Assembly: GCA_016189945.1 (NCBI GenBank)
Contig: JACPRN010000047.1
Span: 1 to 44,693 of the forward strand
Source: Betaproteobacteria bacterium
Lineage (GTDB): Bacteria > Pseudomonadota > Gammaproteobacteria > Burkholderiales > SG8-39
DNA: 44,693 bases
Reading direction: 5' to 3'
Shown here: positions 17,951 to 26,296 of the stretch, piece by piece
Numbering within the stretch: the first letter of the stretch is position 1
Layout: the number at the start of each line of letters is the position of its first letter
Translations under genes and position numbers: made by a program
The notes under the pieces: model-generated
The model's input: only the letters and a program-made list of their open reading frames with translations
The model's database searches: none
What the model was told of the DNA's origin: nothing

Positions 17951-19207
17951 ATGAAACTCTGCAGAAAGCTCCTCGTGCCGGCTTTTCTCCTTTCCCAGCT
18001 CCTGCCGGCGAGCGCACAGGCATTCGTGCTGCTTCCCGAACCGCCCGCCAGCGGGTTTGTCATGAATCTCGATCTCGAGCCGAGCGCGCCTCTTCAGACC
18101 ACCGGTTACGGAGTCACGACCTGGAACAAACTCGCCGAAATGGCCCTGGCGACGTGGAACGCGGCCGGCGTGGGCAGCGGGCCTGATTTCGGTTTTCTCG
18201 GGGTTGCGAATCCGCGCCTCGCGGGCGGCGCCTGCGCGAGAGACGGCGTCAATGAAGTGACGTGGGCATCGGACAACTGCGGATTTTCCTTCGGCGACGC
18301 CATTGCGATCACGAACCGCTGGGTCGTCAACGGATTGCGCGTCGAAGAGGACGTCATTTTCAACAGCAACCTGCCCTTTGACGCCTACCGCGGTCCTTTG
18401 CGCTACTCGAACGGCCGCTACATCAACGACTTCTATCGCATCGCGGTGCACGAATTCGGCCACGTCGTCGGGCTCGACCACCCGAACCTCGCCGGGCAGA
18501 AAGTCGCGGCGATCATGAACTCTTATCTCGGCAACATCGATTCGCTGCAGCCCGATGACATGGCCGGGGCGCGCGCCATCGCCTGGAACGCCGTATCGGC
18601 TTCGCAGCTCTCTACCGTCGCGTTGAACTTTCTCGCCGGATGGAACCTCGCCGGCAACGGTTCCGGCGCCGCGATCGACGTGGCGCGCACTTTCGGCAAT
18701 TCGACCGACATACTCACGGTCTGGAAATGGGTCGCCGCGGAATCGAAATGGGCGTTTTATTCCCCGTCGCTTTCGGCAGAGAAGTTGAGCGACTACGCCA
18801 GCGGCAAAGGCTACGCGTTGCTCGCCACCGTCGATAGCAGCGAAGGCTTCTGGGTGAACGCCAGGAAGACGTTCACCGCGCATTTTCCGGCCGGCACGAC
18901 GGTATCCTCGGCGTCATTCCAGACGGGGCTTGGGACGGGATGGAACCTGCTTGCGATTGGCGACAACAAGACGCCGCGGGAATTCAACGCGGTGCTCGGG
19001 GCACCGCCCGCGTACGGCGATGTCCCGTCCAACCTGACCACCCTGTGGGCTTGGGATGCCGCGAAGGCGAACTGGTATTTCTATGCGCCGAGTCTCGAAG
19101 CCAAGGGCGGCACCGTCCTGAGCGATTACATCTACACCAAGGGATACCTCGAATTCGGTACCAAAACCCTGGACCCCGCGGCGGGGTTCTGGGTGAATAA
19201 ACCCTAA
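17951..19207 (+). CDS. Secreted zinc metalloprotease (metzincin, matrixin-like) with duplicated C-terminal domain
   Basis: Signal peptide MKLCRKLLVPAFLLSQLLPASAQA. Zinc motif HEFGHVVGLDH followed by a Met-turn-like AAIMNSY. Two C-terminal repeats of about 90 aa (GWNL...W.W.A...W.FY.PSL...SDY...KGY...GFWVN). Confidence 0.85.
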   Translation: MKLCRKLLVPAFLLSQLLPASAQAFVLLPEPPASGFVMNLDLEPSAPLQTTGYGVTTWNKLAEMALATWNAAGVGSGPDFGFLGVANPRLAGGACARDGVNEVTWASDNCGFSFGDAIAITNRWVVNGLRVEEDVIFNSNLPFDAYRGPLRYSNGRYINDFYRIAVHEFGHVVGLDHPNLAGQKVAAIMNSYLGNIDSLQPDDMAGARAIAWNAVSASQLSTVALNFLAGWNLAGNGSGAAIDVARTFGNSTDILTVWKWVAAESKWAFYSPSLSAEKLSDYASGKGYALLATVDSSEGFWVNARKTFTAHFPAGTTVSSASFQTGLGTGWNLLAIGDNKTPREFNAVLGAPPAYGDVPSNLTTLWAWDAAKANWYFYAPSLEAKGGTVLSDYIYTKGYLEFGTKTLDPAAGFWVNKP

Positions 19208-19494
19208 GGCGGCGCCTTCGTCGCTCGTACCGCGTTCGCGCGGGATTCGCAGTTTCGCCTTCCTCTCCCAGGCGACTTTTATTACACGCCCCGTAATGCA
19301 TCGACCGGGCGACATCACTCCCGGAGTGTTGACCCGCGCAATTACAAGATATTACAAATTCCCGTGGCTTCGCGGCTTCCCGACGGTGGAATAGGACCGG
19401 AATAGTCCGTGTTAACCGGGCATCGAACGCGCGCCTGTCCGGCGCGTGGGTACTCCCCAAGAGTTCGTGATCCAGCCACCGAAGGAGGATTGAA

Positions 19495-21060
19495 ATGCAC
19501 AGAAAGCCAAGCTTCATCAGTTTCATCATCGCTTGCCTTGCCGCCCTGACTCTGGCTGGCTGCGGCGGTGGAGGAGGAGGAGGAGACGGTACCGTCGCGG
19601 CAGGTCCGATCCCGAGTCCGATCACAACCCCGCCGCCGCCTCAGACCTGGTTCTTCTCCGAGGGCGCTGCCTTGACCCAAGGGCAGATGACCAGCTTTGA
19701 CAACCAGTTGCTCTATTACAACGTGCACAGTGCGGCGAATCCGGTCGGCGAGATCCGCGGGCAGATCATCCCCGAAGCGGCGTCCTTCGCCACCGACAAC
19801 GGCGACCCGGTTGCGAGCAATACGTTCGCTACCCTGATGACGGGCGACCAGGAGGTTCCCGCCAACTTGAGCAAGGCAACCGGTTACGCGGCGGTTTCCT
19901 TCGATCCGCTGACCAGGACCCTGACCGGCGTCGTCGTCACCAGCGGCGTCGTCGGCACGGTGGCGCACCTCCATGCGGGTGCTCCCGGAGTGGTCGCCCC
20001 ACCTCAGATTCCGCTGACCGGCGGTCCGACGGTCTGGAGAGTTCCCGAAGGCACCATCCTGACCGACGCGCAGGTCACAACGCTGCAGACCGGAGGCTAT
20101 TACGTCAACGTGCACAGCACAGCGGCGCCCGGCGGCGAAATCCGTGGCCAGCTTACCGATCGGTTGCGATTTGCAGGCTTGAGCGGCGCCAATGAAGTCC
20201 CGCCCAACAACAGCACGGCCTCAGGCGTTGGTGTGCTGTCATTGACCCCGACGACCAACGCGATCCGCGGTTTCGTCCAGACCACCGGGATCACCGCGAC
20301 CGTGGCCCACATTCACCTGGGAGTGCCGGGGGTCATCGGCGGGGTCATCGTGCCTCTGACTCAAACCCCTGCGGGCAGCGGCCTGTGGGTCGTGCCTGCC
20401 GGCCGAACACTGACGCCAGACCAGGTGGCCGCGTTTGACGCGGGCAACCTCTACTTCAACGTCCACAGCGCGGCGTTTCCCGTCGGCGAGATCCGCGGCC
20501 ATATCCTGGCGGCGAGCGTCAAGATCGGCAATGCGGCGCTCGAAGGCGCCAACGAAGTCCCACCCGTTGTCACCGATGCGGGCGGCACAGGGATCATGAC
20601 CGTGAATACCGTTACGCGGGGGGTTCAGGGCAACGTGTTTACCACCTTGATCGAAGGCACGGTAGCCCATGTCCATGAAGGTCCGCTCGGAGTGATCGGG
20701 CCGGTGATCATCCCGCTCACCCTGACGCCGCCGGCGTCAACCTTCGCGGCGGCGGTTTCGTTCCTCGCGCAGGTCCAGCCGATCTTCACCGCGAGTTGCA
20801 CGACCGCCTGCCACACGCCCGGTGGAATTGCCGCCTTCCTCGACCTGTCGAGCGCCCCGGTGTCCTTCGCAGCCTTGACGGCGCCGAGAACGCCGCCTTT
20901 GCAGGCTTACGTCATAGCGGGAAATTCTGCGGGAAGTCTGCTTTTTGGGCGGATAAACGGCTCGGTGCTGCCGCAGATGCCGCTTTTGGCGCCACCGTTG
21001 AGCGCCGCCGACCAAACTCTGATCAAGAACTGGATCGACCAGGGGGCGGCGAACAACTAG
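19495..21060 (+). CDS. Lipoprotein with CHRD-domain repeats and a C-terminal PSCyt1-like domain
   Basis: Lipobox LTLAGC followed by poly-Gly. Recurring CHRD signatures: NVHSAANPVGEIRGQI, VAHLHAGAPGV...YVNVHSTAAPGGEIRGQL, VAHIHLGVPGV...YFNVHSAAFPVGEIRGHI, VAHVHEGPLGV. C-terminal VQPIFTASCTTACH...LIKNWIDQGA. GAAGGAGGA precedes ATG 19495. Confidence 0.85.
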   Translation: MHRKPSFISFIIACLAALTLAGCGGGGGGGDGTVAAGPIPSPITTPPPPQTWFFSEGAALTQGQMTSFDNQLLYYNVHSAANPVGEIRGQIIPEAASFATDNGDPVASNTFATLMTGDQEVPANLSKATGYAAVSFDPLTRTLTGVVVTSGVVGTVAHLHAGAPGVVAPPQIPLTGGPTVWRVPEGTILTDAQVTTLQTGGYYVNVHSTAAPGGEIRGQLTDRLRFAGLSGANEVPPNNSTASGVGVLSLTPTTNAIRGFVQTTGITATVAHIHLGVPGVIGGVIVPLTQTPAGSGLWVVPAGRTLTPDQVAAFDAGNLYFNVHSAAFPVGEIRGHILAASVKIGNAALEGANEVPPVVTDAGGTGIMTVNTVTRGVQGNVFTTLIEGTVAHVHEGPLGVIGPVIIPLTLTPPASTFAAAVSFLAQVQPIFTASCTTACHTPGGIAAFLDLSSAPVSFAALTAPRTPPLQAYVIAGNSAGSLLFGRINGSVLPQMPLLAPPLSAADQTLIKNWIDQGAANN

Positions 21061-21103
21061 CTTCCGGCAGCTCTGCGGCATGACTACGCATGCCGTGTAA
21101 TTG

Positions 21104-21145
21104 AAAGAGGTGTCAGCCGTTCGCGGCTGACACCTCTTTTTTCTG
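21104..21145. terminator. Strong rho-independent terminator between convergent genes
   Basis: Perfect 16-bp stem aaagaggtgtcagccg / cggctgacacctcttt (21104-21119 and 21124-21139), loop ttcg, then a T-run through 21142. It lies 44 nt after the CHRD gene stop and 15 nt beyond the stop of the convergent UbiD gene. The T-tail is much better on the + strand. Confidence 0.85.
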
Positions 21146-21159
21146 TCCTAAGCTCGTGC

Positions 21160-22602
21160 CTAATTCCCGAACAGCACTTCGCCCCATTTGCGCTTCACCT
21201 GCTGCATGACCTCGGGCGCAGTCTTGGTCGTTTTGGGGAACTGGTCGCGCCAAGCCCAGGGCCTGCAGGCGTCGATCACCGCGGTCGAACAGGTCAGGTC
21301 TCCGGCTTTTCGCTTCTCCGGCTCCAGTCGCGGGTCCGATGCCATCGACAGGCGGTTCGTGAGGATGTCGATTTGGCTCTTCGGATCGCAGCGCGTGCCC
21401 AGGGCCCACAGGACTTCCGACACGTTGGTCGGATCGATGTCGTCGTCGACGATAATGATGAACCTCCCGACGTGCGTTGCGCCCCTGTAGGTTCCGGCAG
21501 CGATCAAGGCGGCCTGTTTGACGTGCCCCGGATACATCTGCTTTAGCGAAACCACCACCATGGTGCGGCGCCTGGCTTCGTTGACGAAAGACACGCCCTT
21601 CACTCCCGGAATCTGGCGGTCGAACTCGTCCCATAATTGCGCCGACAGATCGAGACCGGTGGTCAGGTTGTCGTCGTAGGTGCCGACCAGCATCGGGACT
21701 CCGAGCTGGATCGGGTCGTTTCGGTGCAGGATTGCTTTCACCTTGACGATCGGGTGCGGCGTCCTGCCGCCGGTGTAGTAGCCCTCCCATTCTCCGAAGG
21801 GCCCTTCGATGCCGGTTTCGACCTGCGGCGGCGGCATTTCGCCTTCGAGCACGATCTCGGCTTCGGCGGGAATAGGCAGATCGACCGTCTCGCCTCGCAC
21901 CACTTCGACCGGCCTGTTTCTCAATCCGCCGGCAAAATCGTATTCGCTGATCCCGACGGGAATTGCAGCCACCGAGGAAAGGTAGAGCTGGAGCCCCTGC
22001 CCGCAGGCGATGGCGATCGGGCACGCGAGCCCGCGGTCCCAGTATTTCCTGGCGATGATCGCGCCGTGATGGCCGGGAACGCAGTGAAAGGTGACCGTGT
22101 TGCGGTCGATGATCTGCGAGCGGTAGGTGCCGAGATTGACCCAGCCGGTTTCGGGGTCCTTCTGGATCACCATGCACCCGGTGCCGATGTAGCGTCCGCC
22201 GTCCAATTCATGCCATTGCGGGGTGGGAAACTTGAGCACATCGACCGCGTCGCCCCTGAGCACATTCTCCTTGACCGGTCCCGAGCGCACTTCGACGGGA
22301 GAAATGGGTTTGGTCGCTGCCAGCGTTTCTTTCCACGCCCGCACCAGATCGAGCCCCTTCAACTCCAGGGGCAACCCAAGGGCGAGGCAGATGCGCCGTG
22401 ACGATGTGAACGGATTGGCCGCGACGCGATACCCCGCTGGATACCCCGGCACTTGGTCAAACAGCAGCATCGGCGAATCCGGAACCGAGAGCGCCAATTC
22501 GGCAATGCGTCCGATTTCGACATTCCAATGGGCGCCTTCGATGGTTCTGCATTCGCCCAGTTCTTTGGCCTTGGCCAGGAATTCCCTCAAATCGCCGAAC
22601 AT
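21160..22602 (-). CDS. UbiD-family (prenylated-FMN dependent) decarboxylase, copy 1
   Basis: Frame of ORF 21160..22617. ATG 22602 (MFGDLREFLAKAKELGE) is preceded by GGGAGAG. Full-length UbiD-like sequence of about 480 aa. Confidence 0.9.
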   Translation of the reverse strand: MFGDLREFLAKAKELGECRTIEGAHWNVEIGRIAELALSVPDSPMLLFDQVPGYPAGYRVAANPFTSSRRICLALGLPLELKGLDLVRAWKETLAATKPISPVEVRSGPVKENVLRGDAVDVLKFPTPQWHELDGGRYIGTGCMVIQKDPETGWVNLGTYRSQIIDRNTVTFHCVPGHHGAIIARKYWDRGLACPIAIACGQGLQLYLSSVAAIPVGISEYDFAGGLRNRPVEVVRGETVDLPIPAEAEIVLEGEMPPPQVETGIEGPFGEWEGYYTGGRTPHPIVKVKAILHRNDPIQLGVPMLVGTYDDNLTTGLDLSAQLWDEFDRQIPGVKGVSFVNEARRRTMVVVSLKQMYPGHVKQAALIAAGTYRGATHVGRFIIIVDDDIDPTNVSEVLWALGTRCDPKSQIDILTNRLSMASDPRLEPEKRKAGDLTCSTAVIDACRPWAWRDQFPKTTKTAPEVMQQVKRKWGEVLFGN

Positions 22603-22650
22603 TGACAGCTCTCCCAATGGGGTCAGGCCCCTTTCTTTCCTTTCTTTCTC

Positions 22651-23418
22651 TCAACCCGGCATCGCCGAGCGGATGCGCTCGGCGGCCTGCCGCAGAGGAA
22701 CCAGGAATTTCCGCTTTGCCGCCGCTTCGTCATAGGTCCCCGAAGTGAAGGAGACGCTGATCGCCGCCACGGCCGCGCTGGCGGCGTCGCGCACCGGAAC
22801 GGCGATGCCGCAGATCGCCGGATCGAGCTCGCCATCGACCCAGGCGTAGCCTTGCCGCTGGACGATCTCCAGCGCGCCCTTGAGTGCGCCTGGTTTGGTG
22901 ATCGAGCGCGGCGTACGAGGCTCGAGTTCCGCAACCTCCAGATAGCGGCGCAGCGCCTGCTTGTCCAGATGAGCAAGCAGCACCCGCCCCAGGGACACGA
23001 CGTGCGCCGGCAGGCGGCTGCCGACCGACAGGTTCATAGCGAGGATCCGCCGCGACGGAATTCGCAGCACGTACACGATCTCCTCGCCATCGAGCACCGC
23101 CATCGAGCAGGATTCCTGCGCACCGCTGCGCAGATCTTCGAGCGCCGGCTGGGCATAGCGCCAAAACGGCAGCGAATCGAGATAGGACAGCCCGAGCTTG
23201 AGCGCTCGCGGCGTGAGCGCGAAAAGCCTGCCGTCGCTCTGGGCGTAGCGCTGCGCGCACAGCGTCATCAGCAAGCGGCGCACCACGCTACGCGGCAGTT
23301 TGGTCGCCTCGGCGATCTGCGCGATGGTCTTGCGCGGTGCACCCGCGCCCATCGCCTCGATCACCTCCAGTCCACGCGCGAAAGCGCGCACGAAGTCTTC
23401 GCTTTCCGGAGTCGCCAT
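22651..23418 (-). CDS. IclR-family transcriptional regulator (PcaR-like)
   Basis: N-terminal wHTH DFVRAFARGLEVIEAM...IAQIAEATKLPRSVVRRLLMTL, plus a C-terminal effector domain. No obvious SD sequence before the ATG. Confidence 0.9.
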   Translation of the reverse strand: MATPESEDFVRAFARGLEVIEAMGAGAPRKTIAQIAEATKLPRSVVRRLLMTLCAQRYAQSDGRLFALTPRALKLGLSYLDSLPFWRYAQPALEDLRSGAQESCSMAVLDGEEIVYVLRIPSRRILAMNLSVGSRLPAHVVSLGRVLLAHLDKQALRRYLEVAELEPRTPRSITKPGALKGALEIVQRQGYAWVDGELDPAICGIAVPVRDAASAAVAAISVSFTSGTYDEAAAKRKFLVPLRQAAERIRSAMPG

Positions 23419-23431
23419 GGGAGTGAGCAGC

Positions 23432-23537
23432 GCTGTTGCTCTTGCCCTTAATCAATCTCCACGGTCTGGTGCGGTTGCTTGCAACTGCACCAGACCGTGG
23501 AGACGTATCAAAAAGCGAATTCCCACCGCTTCGCCAG
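23432..23537 (+). repeat. Structured intergenic element, copy 4 (forward orientation)
   Basis: Palindrome 23456-23503, 23-bp arms with a single G:T position (23474 vs 23486). Left flank cttgcccttaatcaa. Right tail gcgaattcccaccgcttcgccag, where the GTCAA end is degenerate. Confidence 0.85.
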
Positions 23538-23549
23538 CATCCCTCGAGG

Positions 23550-23578
23550 TTGACACGATCCGCTCCAAGTTATTAAAT
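23550..23578 (+). promoter_or_regulatory. Candidate sigma70-type promoter for the MaoC/ligase operon
   Basis: TTGACA at 23550-23555, 17-nt spacer, TTAAAT at 23573-23578, about 70 nt upstream of ATG 23648. Followed by the 11-nt palindrome ccgcattgcgg, a possible operator. Prediction by eye only. Confidence 0.35.
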
Positions 23579-23647
23579 GACCGCATTGCGGATATTGAAG
23601 TTCGTCTAGCGGTTATTCTACGCAGACCACAACAAAAGAGCCAGCCC

Positions 23648-24118
23648 ATGCCAGAGAGCTTCGAAACCGACTTCTGGAAGGACGCCGAACGGCGAAAGGT
23701 TTGGGACGACATCGTGCCGGGCGAGCCGCGCAAGACCATTCCCTACACCCTCACGCTGGAGGCCATCCAGAAATACTGCCGCGCGGTCGGCGACCTGCAT
23801 CCACTGTATTTCGACGAAGCCTATGCGAAGGCTACCCCTTGGGGGGGATTGATCGCGCCGCCTTCGATTCACATTCTGCTCATGTTCTCCTGCACGCCGG
23901 CCGACGACTGGATGCGCAGTCCCGGCACCATCAACGCCGGCCAGTCCTGGAGCTACAACATTCCGGCGCGCCCCGGCGATACCATCACGCTTGCCGCGCG
24001 CGCGCTGGACAAATTCATCAAGAAAGACCGCCTGTTCGTCATCCATGACAACGTGTTCTTCAACCAGAACGCCCAGGTGATCTGCTCCGGCCGCGGCTGG
24101 ACCATACGTCCGATCTGA
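23648..24118 (+). CDS. MaoC-like hotdog-fold protein (N-terminal-type hydratase subunit)
   Basis: Frame of ORF 23300..24118. Start at ATG 23648 (MPESFETDFWKD...). Sequence LTLEAIQKYCRAVGDLHPLYFDEAYAKATPWGGLIAPPS. Confidence 0.8.
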   Translation: MPESFETDFWKDAERRKVWDDIVPGEPRKTIPYTLTLEAIQKYCRAVGDLHPLYFDEAYAKATPWGGLIAPPSIHILLMFSCTPADDWMRSPGTINAGQSWSYNIPARPGDTITLAARALDKFIKKDRLFVIHDNVFFNQNAQVICSGRGWTIRPI

Positions 24119-24126
24119 GTACGCCC

Positions 24127-24570
24127 ATGAACGACGCCTACGACGCCCTCAAGCAAGACGACATAGTGAACGGTCCGAAATTCCAGGTATCGCGCGAATC
24201 GATCCGCGCATTCTGCGAGGCATCGCTCGATTTCAATCCCCTGCACTGGGACGACGAGTACATGAAAAGCAGTTTCGGCAGGACCCGGTTCGGGGGCATC
24301 ATCATGCACGGAATGACCAACTTCGGGCTCATCACGCGCATGCTCACCGACTGGCTCTATCCGCTCGGCGGCGTGCACCGGCGGCTGGAGACGCGCTGGA
24401 AAACGCCGGTCAGGCCCGGCGACGTCATCCGGCCCAGCGCGCGCATCACGGGAAAGAAGCGAACCCAGCGAAGCCGCTGGGTGACGCTCGAGATCGAAGT
24501 CAAGAATCAGCGCGGCGAAACCGTCGCCGTCGGCGAAGCGATGGCCGAGTTTCCGCCGCAGGGCAGGTAG
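24127..24570 (+). CDS. MaoC-family (R)-specific enoyl-CoA hydratase/dehydratase subunit
   Basis: Sequence SRESIRAFCEASLDFNPLHWDDEYMKSSFGRTRFGGIIMHGM is a typical MaoC dehydratase signature. Starts 8 nt after the upstream gene. Confidence 0.85.
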   Translation: MNDAYDALKQDDIVNGPKFQVSRESIRAFCEASLDFNPLHWDDEYMKSSFGRTRFGGIIMHGMTNFGLITRMLTDWLYPLGGVHRRLETRWKTPVRPGDVIRPSARITGKKRTQRSRWVTLEIEVKNQRGETVAVGEAMAEFPPQGR

Positions 24571-24580
24571 CAAAAGCGCA

Positions 24581-26116
24581 ATGATTCTGGGACGCTGCCT
24601 GGCGCGCAATGCGCTGCTCTATCCCGACAAGCCCGCCATCGTTTCCGCCGACGGAAGCACGCTCACCCACGCAGCGCTCGCCGAGCGCGTCAATCGCCTG
24701 GCCAATGCGCTCGCCGCGGAAGGCATGGCCAAGGGCGACAAGATCGCCATCCTGGCGCGCAATTCGCCTGAGTACCTGCAGGTCTATTTTGCCGCGGCAA
24801 AAATCGGCGCTCCGATGGTGCCGATCAACTTCCAGCTCAAAGCCCCCGATATTCATTACCGGCTGGAGCACTCCGATGCGCGCGCGCTGGTCGTGGAGAG
24901 CGAATTCCTGGGGCTGCTCGACGGCCTGCCGGATGGCGCGCGCGAGGCGCTCGGCGCGCGCATTTTCGTTCGCGGCGGCGACGGCGCACGCGCGCGAGCG
25001 CTCGACGAGCTGATCGATTCGGCGCCCGCGACCGAGCCCGAGGCGACGCTCTCGCCGGAAGACACGCTCTACATCGGCTATACCTCAGGCACCACCGGCC
25101 CTTCGAAGGGGGCGCTGGTCTCCCACCGGGCGATCGTGGCCGGCTATCTCTACAAGGCGCTCGACTACCGGCTGGGTCGCCGGGACGTCAATCTCGATCC
25201 GGGGCCGTTCTGGCACTCGGCCCCGCGCGATTTTGCTTCGCTCGCAATCTACCTCGGCGGCACCTGCGTGGTCACGCGCGGGTTCGAGGCGCGCGAATTC
25301 TACGAACTGGTCGAGCGCCACAAGGTGAGCAATTCGTTCATGGTGCCGACCATGTACCAGCTTCTAACCGCATTCGAGGACGCGGGCCGCTACGACGCCT
25401 CCAGCCTGCGGGTGCTGATCTCCGGAGGATCGCCGCTCCCGAGCGCGGTGAAGGACCGGGTAGTCGAGCGCTTCGGGCCGATCCTGCACGAGTTCTACGG
25501 CGCGACCGAAACCCGCATCATCACCAACATCACCGCGACGGAACTCTCCGCGCACAAGCGCGCGGTCGGCCGGCCCATCCGCGATGTGGAACTGCGCATC
25601 CTGGACGAGGCCGGGCGCGACGTGTCCGCGGGCGCGGTCGGCGAGGTCTTCGTGCGCGGCCCGGGGCTGTTTTCCGGCTATTACAAGGACCCGGAGCGGA
25701 CCAGGAAAAGCCATCGCGGCGAGTGGTTTTCGCTCGGCGATCTGGGCCGGCTCGACGAACAGGGATATCTCTATCTGGTCGATCGCAAGCAGGACATGAT
25801 CATCAGCGGCGGGGAGAACATCTATCCGAGCGACATCGAGGAAGTGTTGCTCGGGTTCCCGGGGGTGAAGGAAGCGGCGGTGATCGGCACGCCCGACGAA
25901 ACTTGGGGCGAGCTGGTGACCGCGATCGTGGTCCCGCGCGAGGGCGAAGCGGTGCCGGAGCGCGAACTGATCGAGTACTGCGGCGCGCGTCTGCCAAGCT
26001 ATATGAAGCCGCGGCGCGTAGAATTCGTCGCAGCGCTGCCGCGCAATCCGGTGGGCAAAGTCCTGCGGCGCGTGCTGCGCGAACCGTACTGGCAGGGACA
26101 GGAAGCGAGAATATAG
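24581..26116 (+). CDS. AMP-dependent acyl-CoA synthetase/ligase
   Basis: AMP-binding motif YTSGTTGPSKGA and hinge region GDLGRLDEQGYLYLVDRKQDMIISGGENIYP. 511 aa. Confidence 0.95.
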   Translation: MILGRCLARNALLYPDKPAIVSADGSTLTHAALAERVNRLANALAAEGMAKGDKIAILARNSPEYLQVYFAAAKIGAPMVPINFQLKAPDIHYRLEHSDARALVVESEFLGLLDGLPDGAREALGARIFVRGGDGARARALDELIDSAPATEPEATLSPEDTLYIGYTSGTTGPSKGALVSHRAIVAGYLYKALDYRLGRRDVNLDPGPFWHSAPRDFASLAIYLGGTCVVTRGFEAREFYELVERHKVSNSFMVPTMYQLLTAFEDAGRYDASSLRVLISGGSPLPSAVKDRVVERFGPILHEFYGATETRIITNITATELSAHKRAVGRPIRDVELRILDEAGRDVSAGAVGEVFVRGPGLFSGYYKDPERTRKSHRGEWFSLGDLGRLDEQGYLYLVDRKQDMIISGGENIYPSDIEEVLLGFPGVKEAAVIGTPDETWGELVTAIVVPREGEAVPERELIEYCGARLPSYMKPRRVEFVAALPRNPVGKVLRRVLREPYWQGQEARI

Positions 26117-26141
26117 TCACTTACGAGTTACAGGTATATTG

Positions 26142-26242
26142 TTGACGATTCAGGGGAAGAGTTTGCCGTTGTTATGGTCTCGTGTTTTCGCGCAGTTGCA
26201 ACTTCGCAACTGCACGAAAGCACGAGCTTGAAAGAAGGCAAG
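26142..26242 (-). repeat. Structured intergenic element, copy 5 (reverse orientation)
   Basis: TTGACG at 26142-26147. Palindrome 26178-26226 with 21-bp arms and two non-Watson-Crick positions, loop aacttc. Then cttgaaagaaggcaag. Confidence 0.85.
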
Positions 26243-26296
26243 ACCAGTCCCTTTATGCCGGCTTAGCTTGGAAGCAGTTTCATAAGGGAGGGCTCA

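Noticed and set aside
22621-22650. Polypyrimidine/polypurine tract ctttctttcctttctttctc between the IclR stop and the UbiD-1 start.
   Set aside because: This is a short low-complexity tract in a 48-nt intercistronic spacer, with no repeat-unit regularity or pairing partner. It probably just contributes the purine-rich leader and RBS context of UbiD-1.
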